A stretch of 20,000 bases of DNA, taken from the IMG/VR virus record IMGVR_UViG_3300023119_001136, positions 54,084 through 74,083 of that record; one strand, given 5' to 3'. The position numbers were made by a program, and so were the translations under genes. Below, piece by piece: positions 16,401 to 20,000 of this stretch (position 1 is the stretch's first letter; every line of letters starts with the position of its first letter). This DNA comes from an uncultured virus (IMG/VR IMGVR_UViG_3300023119_001136). Its lineage: Duplodnaviria > Heunggongvirae > Uroviricota > Caudoviricetes. The notes under the pieces were generated by a model. That model was not told the origin of the DNA, ran no database searches, and saw only the letters and a program-made list of their open reading frames with translations.

Positions 16401-17481
16401 CATTGCCTGTTGCTTGTACACCGCCTGGCGTAGTAGGAGGATCAATAGTTACAGAAGGTGCATTTGTATAGCCAGCACCTTGGTTATTAATAGTCACACT
16501 ACCAACAACAGAATAATAGTCTTGTGTAGGTCTAGCAGTTGTAAATACTTTCTCAAATAATCCATCAGCAATAATTGCATAAGTACCAAAGTCACTAACA
16601 GAGTTCGAGATCGAAAGATACCCGCCTGCGGTTGCTTGGAAACCAACTCTTGTAAAAACTGAGAAGCAACTAACAATCTGTGTATATCCTTCATTAAGTA
16701 GCCAAAAGCCAATACCACCTTGTGCAACTTGTGTAAACGCATCAGCAACAAAGGATCGTACAAGACTTCTCTGATCGTAGGCGGCACCGTCAACTTTCAT
16801 ACCGTTGCCGCCACCGTTGTCGTTTACACGTTTTTCAAGCGGTACATTAGGATCATCTATAATTGGTCTAGCACCTGCCGGTACACCTGGAATTTGTTCT
16901 GTTTGAAAAGGAACAAATTCAGTACCGTCGTTTAACCACGGACCATTCATGTTTGTACAGTTTTGTACATATGGTGAAACAGTTACAAGTGCACCTGGTC
17001 TAATTTCTGCACACCAACCTGGATCTGCTAATCCTCTAAATGTAAGTTGAAACAAGTAACATGCACAATCCATATAAAAAATTGTTTCAGTATTATTGAG
17101 CGGCCAAATTTGACAGTTACGTAAACTATCACCTCTAACAGTCATACGTTCTTTTAACGTAATCGGATTATCTTCGTAATAGTCTCCTGGTGCAACTTTA
17201 ATAGTTGATCCTGCTGGTGCTGCTTCAACAGCAGATTTAACTGTTCGTTTTGCACGATCAGGTCCTTGACCTAATCCATCATTTTCGTCACTACCTTGTA
17301 ATGACACATAATAGATTAGTGTATCAGTAGGACCACTTGAACTACCTGTAACTTTTAGATCACCGTTAATTTCAACAGTGCCGCTACCCGGATTAAGTTC
17401 AATTGTACCGTCACCTTTAATTATAAGTTGACGGTCTCCTATTTTCCTGTCGTGTAATATCTGCTGCTTTACATACTTCAT
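10495..17481 (-). CDS. 2328-aa giant virion structural protein with a split pectin-lyase-like beta-helix and eight tandem alpha-helical CxRD repeats; ends in IDGGTF
   Basis: Uninterrupted 7-kb ORF whose ATG abuts the upstream TAA (TAAATG, translational coupling). Shares many motifs with the 3367-aa protein and contains eight YDxxKCxRD-type repeats. Confidence 0.9.
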   Translation of the reverse strand: MKYVKQQILHDRKIGDRQLIIKGDGTIELNPGSGTVEINGDLKVTGSSSGPTDTLIYYVSLQGSDENDGLGQGPDRAKRTVKSAVEAAPAGSTIKVAPGDYYEDNPITLKERMTVRGDSLRNCQIWPLNNTETIFYMDCACYLFQLTFRGLADPGWCAEIRPGALVTVSPYVQNCTNMNGPWLNDGTEFVPFQTEQIPGVPAGARPIIDDPNVPLEKRVNDNGGGNGMKVDGAAYDQRSLVRSFVADAFTQVAQGGIGFWLLNEGYTQIVSCFSVFTRVGFQATAGGYLSISNSVSDFGTYAIIADGLFEKVFTTARPTQDYYSVVGSVTINNQGAGYTNAPSVTIDPPTTPGGVQATGNASIDPATGKVVAVSISNQGSGYDFIPNITFTGGGFSVPATGTVNLITNRIVEVDSLRDIPQTGSIITFEGDETRYYVTSSEITTRPFIYDETICRRDIQRIIDAVSGDSALGTNYQSINAGRSYLRATSQKVLNQQLAPTIYGIEAARDEMLKCVPDTDPANIDYRYNIIENFAIITNTITQGDSTAVPDVVYNELTNIDSGVIAAKDNIVQNKDFIIDEVVNYISDQFTDLSYDQDKCERDVRQITTAVAYDTALGTNYSSVTAGRAYARANASVVYQKQKVQTIAAYQYLKTLMLALPNVVASSTATSRVNNAMDEIIEILSRGDSTSADDYTYPSPTGVIAARENARDQLVNNKDFIQEEIVKWVDENYPSLDYDQDACYKDVGHIVDGLVYDILYGGNYATRDVAQAYFVGTASQLGADETTATIAAYGRLKEITTQILQGDPVFRSTGNLLVQDTSAANATGVEAERADDYIDIIIEVINTGALTNLPEVQYPSVIWAAADVQAARSSLFAAQDNFATNITSYLLTTYPNFTYDRTKCKRDVELILDAVVRDVKLGTNHNSIQAGQAYQRATATYFDVAQKPATIISIRYLKTLAAAGAAGSSVAVERVNDRFDIILNLIEFADQTLTTVPDGGFGAQTALPSEGRTFPAPTPASQELIDANRLLQANRDFLVEDTIKYIANNYFVYDSAKCARDTALILDAVTYDLVLGTNYNSVQAGLAYYNANASLVISDQLTETVAAITYLRTEVATLVAADSASVTACNDLFDEIIDILQNGVLSADPLTFTDPGSDVNKAYARTLLQSNRTFIISELIAWINLSFPTLVYDQAKCERDTGYIIDAVSHDIQYGTNFATRTAALAYFEGTASQIPASQKDETIAAYQQLIDIADDIIIENRAGQTLTGNPASSAEMDELAGLVTYIVDVLQEESTENLPSLYEPDLTWVASNLTNSRDLILASGDSSQSDLVQSVIDYINTSLNGLSYDEAKCRRDSEYIIDSVSHDMLYGGNRSILVSTRAYFDDGVSTIVGQEFQTADAIEHLRDISVSIIEGVPIAVQPGNGETQDLSGTFGTSTESEVANDLYNILILAITDSLGLGTTPQNTDPDYSWISSSLVEAADNVLTNSTTYQQQVIDYITQNIIGFRYNVEKCKRDTNYIIDAAVYDMMYGGNKQTRRAAEAYYSGTILSAASEGNADQQDITEFTYKHLARVLSDVAQNIDITPSGTPTLLQETDGTNGSAAAGLILKTLVSKIAEVIETTVIAETGNTVYLPIEQDHNYAGLASMADYADRQLIMFKAQDIEDEAIRLLNLEYGGVAELTLFPGVLSVTKGTLGNMQRVSTVSTSGHAFEYVGAGITYNALPFFGGSPIAENEIVESNTGKVFAGGTVDQIGNFRVGNFFAVNALTGAITLNANQIDLTGIASIGPFQRFGIPVGVELKEVSDNTNLIASTGTADINTVPTQNAVVQFLSNNYLNKITGGTVEGDVTFELDIAVDGGDLTTTASEFNLVNDNANTVNFAGGAANINIGDLIGTTTINNSLVVKDDIKLGENPTTNVTTDSLTVNLLNTTVTTVNAMGEATTIVIGADTGTLTINNDFVIIDSDKSIQVPVGDTSARPSVPVIGQVRFNTDLQFYEGYNGVNWSSLVGTIDADQDTFIRPETGPGTDEDTLEFYADGSKRMYLNASELDVDESVDITINSDTQSRSTESGAVVVTGGMGIGGNLYVGGTIGGDIQIGHLGTSTLTIRGETVYAPDTIRLITDAPDSAADDIVYPLTLAHHTTTGAITSGAGTGMKFELETFLNNFETAAQVDVVSTDVTGGGEDFDMIISTMHNGLLTEKFRISELNSTFTTNLVVDGILDAAGFTGSIFADDSTEIIDAVNNKITVVNADIGTLILTSDLEVQYGGTGASTFTENGILYGNTADPVQVTDAAGTADASNSFQILTVTSDADATPVWTDTIDGGTF
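12470..16150 (-). repeat. Eight tandem ~140-160-aa protein repeats, consensus YDxxKCxRDxxxIxDAVx(Y/H)DxxxG(T/G)NxxS/TxxAxxAY
   Basis: Cys codons at 16122, 15687, 15258, 14775, 14313, 13896, 13425 and 12942 (C454, C599, C742, C903, C1057, C1196, C1353, C1514). Spacings are 145, 143, 161, 154, 139, 157 and 161 aa. Confidence 0.9.
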
Positions 17482-17814
17482 TTATACTTCCAAATAACTT
17501 ATTGTCGCATTCAGTTTATCCGAATCCGGACTAATCATTACTATTCTGTCACCTTCTTCTAAAATCAATCTCTCAACATTAAAAGAAAATGTTTCCTGAG
17601 CAGGCATAGATATATTGTTAAGGACTTTATTATCGTCTGATTTAACTCCGCCACTTCCTTGTATTACATGCATATCAAAACTACTGTCGTTTACAGATGT
17701 TATCGAAGTAGAATAGTTGCTAACTAACACGGTCGTGATGGCATATTTCTTTCCTGCTGGAACATCTAGCAATGTTGTATCAGTTTCGAGTATTTTTACA
17801 CTGTTAATCGCCAT
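17482..17814 (-). CDS. 110-aa hypothetical protein, probably a beta-rich virion component
   Basis: ORF with an AAGGA SD, tightly packed between the 441-aa and 2328-aa genes on the same strand. Confidence 0.85.
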   Translation of the reverse strand: MAINSVKILETDTTLLDVPAGKKYAITTVLVSNYSTSITSVNDSSFDMHVIQGSGGVKSDDNKVLNNISMPAQETFSFNVERLILEEGDRIVMISPDSDKLNATISYLEV

Positions 17815-17823
17815 CTTTCTTCC

Positions 17824-19149
17824 TTAAAAAATAATACTATAAAGCAGAGCTTTATTCCTGCTTATTAATTCGTCTTGTGTACCTAATTCGTTTATAAAAT
17901 ATAAACCTGTGCCGCCATCAGCTTCGTCTTTTGCATATATCTTTGTACCATCAGTAGGTGGTGTATCTTCTGTATCAGTTAGTGCAGGATCTATTAATTT
18001 AGGAAACAACATAGGTGTTAGTACTTGTACATCACCTAAATTATTACCTGATAATTTCAAATCACTATCAAGTCCAGATGCTGAAATGGTATTTTCATCT
18101 ATGGTAACCAATGCAATTTCTGCAGATGTTTCATAAAAGTATGCAATTTCACTACCGTCTACAGTAATTCTAACATTACTTAGAGATGTAACACCATCTA
18201 GTGTACTAAATGCTTCAACTTTTGTTGTTCCATCTGGTTCAACAGCATTAATTCTATATTGCCAATTATATTTGTGATAATCTCTAACATAATCTTTTAA
18301 GAACTGCAAATTAGGAATAGCATCTGGTTCATACCCTGGCCAATCTGCTCCTGACAATCTGTTAGAATTTGTAGGAACATTTTTTATTTCACTGCCGTCG
18401 TATTCAGCAAGGCGTTTTTCATAATCAAGTGTGCCTGATACAGAAACAACGCCGCCTAAATTGGATCCTGGTAACAAGTTAAGATCATTACCATCTTCAG
18501 TTTTAATGCTGCTTGTATAGATACCTAAGTATCCTGAACCTTCTAAACCAAACTTAAATGCACCTGCATTTGCTTCTAACACACCGTTAGTGTATGACAA
18601 TAAGTTTTCATCGTAAAACATAACAGCATTTGGCAATGTGCCTCTGTCCATTATGATACCAGAAATTTCATCGCCACCAATACCAGTTGCAATTACTCTT
18701 TGTATATTACCATCACTTATGTATGCAATAAACCCTGATGTATCTACAGGAGTAGTTAATGCAAAGTCTGCAAATAATTCAACTGTAGTAGGATCAACAA
18801 CATTTACATAGTAAGTGTTATTGTTTAATTCTACCATTCCTAAAACATTAGTAATAATTACTTCGCTACCATCAGTAAAACTGTGAGCATCTGATAATTC
18901 TACTTGTGCTGGGTTTGCTTGTGTTATACCAACAATGTCGTATAGTGTATTAGATTGATTGTTTAGTGTTAGTGTTTTATCACTTACAATTAATTCAGAC
19001 GAAGTAATCGAAGTTTGAGAGCCGTTGACATCTAAATCACCATTGATAACAACAGTGCCGGAACCTACATTAATTTCAATAGTTCCGCCATCGTTAATTG
19101 TTAACTTATAATCGTCGACTCCATACTGTTCGATTCTAGACGCTGTCAT
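17824..19149 (-). CDS. 441-aa putative virion structural protein with an FCCH-like (ubiquitin-activating E1 FCCH-type) beta module
   Basis: GGAG SD. Contains GITQANPAQV..SDAHSFTDGSEVIITNVLGMVELNNNTYYV.VVDPTTVELF. Its N-terminal GTIEINVGSGTVVINGDLDVNG resembles the N-terminus of the 2328-aa protein (GTIELNPGSGTVEINGDLKVTG). Confidence 0.85.
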   Translation of the reverse strand: MTASRIEQYGVDDYKLTINDGGTIEINVGSGTVVINGDLDVNGSQTSITSSELIVSDKTLTLNNQSNTLYDIVGITQANPAQVELSDAHSFTDGSEVIITNVLGMVELNNNTYYVNVVDPTTVELFADFALTTPVDTSGFIAYISDGNIQRVIATGIGGDEISGIIMDRGTLPNAVMFYDENLLSYTNGVLEANAGAFKFGLEGSGYLGIYTSSIKTEDGNDLNLLPGSNLGGVVSVSGTLDYEKRLAEYDGSEIKNVPTNSNRLSGADWPGYEPDAIPNLQFLKDYVRDYHKYNWQYRINAVEPDGTTKVEAFSTLDGVTSLSNVRITVDGSEIAYFYETSAEIALVTIDENTISASGLDSDLKLSGNNLGDVQVLTPMLFPKLIDPALTDTEDTPPTDGTKIYAKDEADGGTGLYFINELGTQDELISRNKALLYSIIF

Positions 19150-19165
19150 TTATATCTCCAACTTA

Positions 19166-19612
19166 TTACTGTCTTGGTAGAGATACACTTAATACTGCGT
19201 TTGGTACACCTGAATCTTCTCTTGCATCTGGATGATTACCAATTTCGTAGATTACATTGTCTGCTTTGTCACCATCCGGCGGTGTTGCAGTACCTTTTGC
19301 AGTGTTTTCAATTTGCACTGTTCTGTTACGAAGTTGTGTTACTTGATAAACTGTTGAATCAGAACCTGTTGCATCAATTCTAAATGTACCTTCTGGCATA
19401 CTTCCGTTGCCTTCTGTTGTTAATTTTAGAATTTCACCTGCTGTTGGATCTGCATTATCACTATCTAAGCGTACCCAGAATTGATTAGCACCTTTTACTT
19501 TGTAAATGTGTGCTGCTGTGGTTGCTTCTGAACCACCTGTAAAATAGTGACGGCTTACAGCAATTCTACCTGAACCGTATCCTATTTTTGATTTATTAAT
19601 TGGACGTCCCAT
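19166..19612 (-). CDS. 148-aa hypothetical phage protein (MGRPINK...), first gene of the late transcription unit
   Basis: Strong AAGGAG SD, tandem TAA TAA stop, located downstream of the late-promoter motif. Confidence 0.85.
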   Translation of the reverse strand: MGRPINKSKIGYGSGRIAVSRHYFTGGSEATTAAHIYKVKGANQFWVRLDSDNADPTAGEILKLTTEGNGSMPEGTFRIDATGSDSTVYQVTQLRNRTVQIENTAKGTATPPDGDKADNVIYEIGNHPDAREDSGVPNAVLSVSLPRQ

Positions 19613-19693
19613 TTGTTTCTCCTTTTTGACGTTCTAAGTCTACGCGGTTGGTCTTCCGCATAAGTCCTCATCTAGAGGCTCTCCTCTTGACAC

Positions 19694-19704
19694 AAGTATT
19701 TATC
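19694..19704 (-). promoter_or_regulatory. T4-like late-promoter motif GATAAATACTT upstream of the 148-aa gene
   Basis: Identical to 10461-10471. Intergenic and just downstream of a terminator. Confidence 0.75.
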
Positions 19705-19733
19705 CAAAAGATTAAAATGGGTTATTATGTCAT

Positions 19734-19763
19734 AAAAAAAGGCCTGCAATTATGTTGCAGACC
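19734..19763 (-). terminator. Rho-independent terminator: GGUCUGCAA-CAUAA-UUGCAGGCC followed by U7
   Basis: 9-bp stem (one G:U on the minus-strand RNA), 5-nt loop and seven U. A T4 tract on the plus side may make it weakly bidirectional. Confidence 0.85.
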
Positions 19764-19777
19764 TTTTCTATAATATT

Positions 19778-19986
19778 GATAGGTTGGACTACTGATTACC
19801 AACAACCGCACTATGCCCCATCAGGCTCAAAACAGCACGGAACCTCACAATAGAATGGTTAATCCTACTTTTCCTGCAATGCTTTGTCTCCAAAGTCTTA
19901 CAGCGCCACCACAGCGTGTGAGTCAAGTTAATGCCTGGGTAAGCATCGTTTCCTTGCACTATCTAACTTGGACCGTCGTCTTCGTT
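19778..19986 (-). ncRNA. Candidate ~200-nt structured non-coding RNA with a multi-stem fold and pseudoknot, possibly related to the manA RNA motif of marine phages
   Basis: No ORF in the track and higher GC than the flanks. At least eight complementary helices are found by eye, including a GAGA (GNRA) tetraloop, with many G:U pairs that work only on the minus strand. It is flanked by a -10-like TATTAT (19998-19993) and its own terminator. Confidence 0.7.
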
Positions 19987-20000
19987 ATGTTTATAATATA

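Noticed and set aside
698..16793. Short alternative-frame minus-strand ORFs (698-979, 7574-7861, 9026-9337, 9512-9745, 12138-12353, 16494-16793)
   Set aside because: They are nested out of frame in the giant genes, with L/V/Q-rich frame-shadow composition and no support for independent translation.
1804..19383. Many plus-strand ORFs of 60-188 aa (e.g. 2215-2709, 10577-11143, 11582-11977)
   Set aside because: All lie antisense to long minus-strand genes. They read as low-information V/P/L/S-rich shadows of the Gly/Thr/Asn codon bias and show no recognisable motifs.
285..19612. Stop-codon reassignment, introns or inteins in the giant genes
   Set aside because: The ORFs are fully open in the standard code. 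All complete genes end in TAA, which fits AT richness. No intein splice motifs or homing endonuclease signature were seen.
19687..19720. Plus-strand TTGACA at 19687-19692 as a sigma70 promoter
   Set aside because: No good -10 at 16-18 bp spacing (TAAAAT is about 20 bp away) and no plus-strand gene downstream.
19778..19986. tRNA, tmRNA or CRISPR interpretation of the structured non-coding region
   Set aside because: No cloverleaf, T-loop GTTCRA or CCA end, no tag reading frame, and no repeat-spacer periodicity.

Overview
This AT-rich window (roughly 35-40% GC by eye) looks like the virion-structural region of a large tailed phage, probably a T4-like myovirus from an aquatic environment. All convincing genes are on the minus strand, in this order: a ~200-nt highly structured non-coding RNA with its own terminator (19734-19986); a late-promoter-like motif with a structured leader; 148-aa, 441-aa and 110-aa ORFs; a 2328-aa giant protein; a second late-promoter-like motif with a structured leader; a 3367-aa giant tail-fibre-like protein ending in a peptidase S74 chaperone; a sigma70-like promoter; a 57-aa ORF missed by the ORF track; and a gene running off the left edge. 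Three things stand out. (1) The 2328-aa protein has eight tandem ~140-160-aa helical repeats, each with a YDxxKCxRD...(Y/H)D...G motif resembling the bilin-binding Cys site of phycobiliproteins, and the 3367-aa protein has one more copy. (2) The standalone pseudoknotted ncRNA. (3) The two giant proteins are paralogues with a split beta-helix carrying different inserts. All calls come from reading the sequence by eye; no database searches were run.
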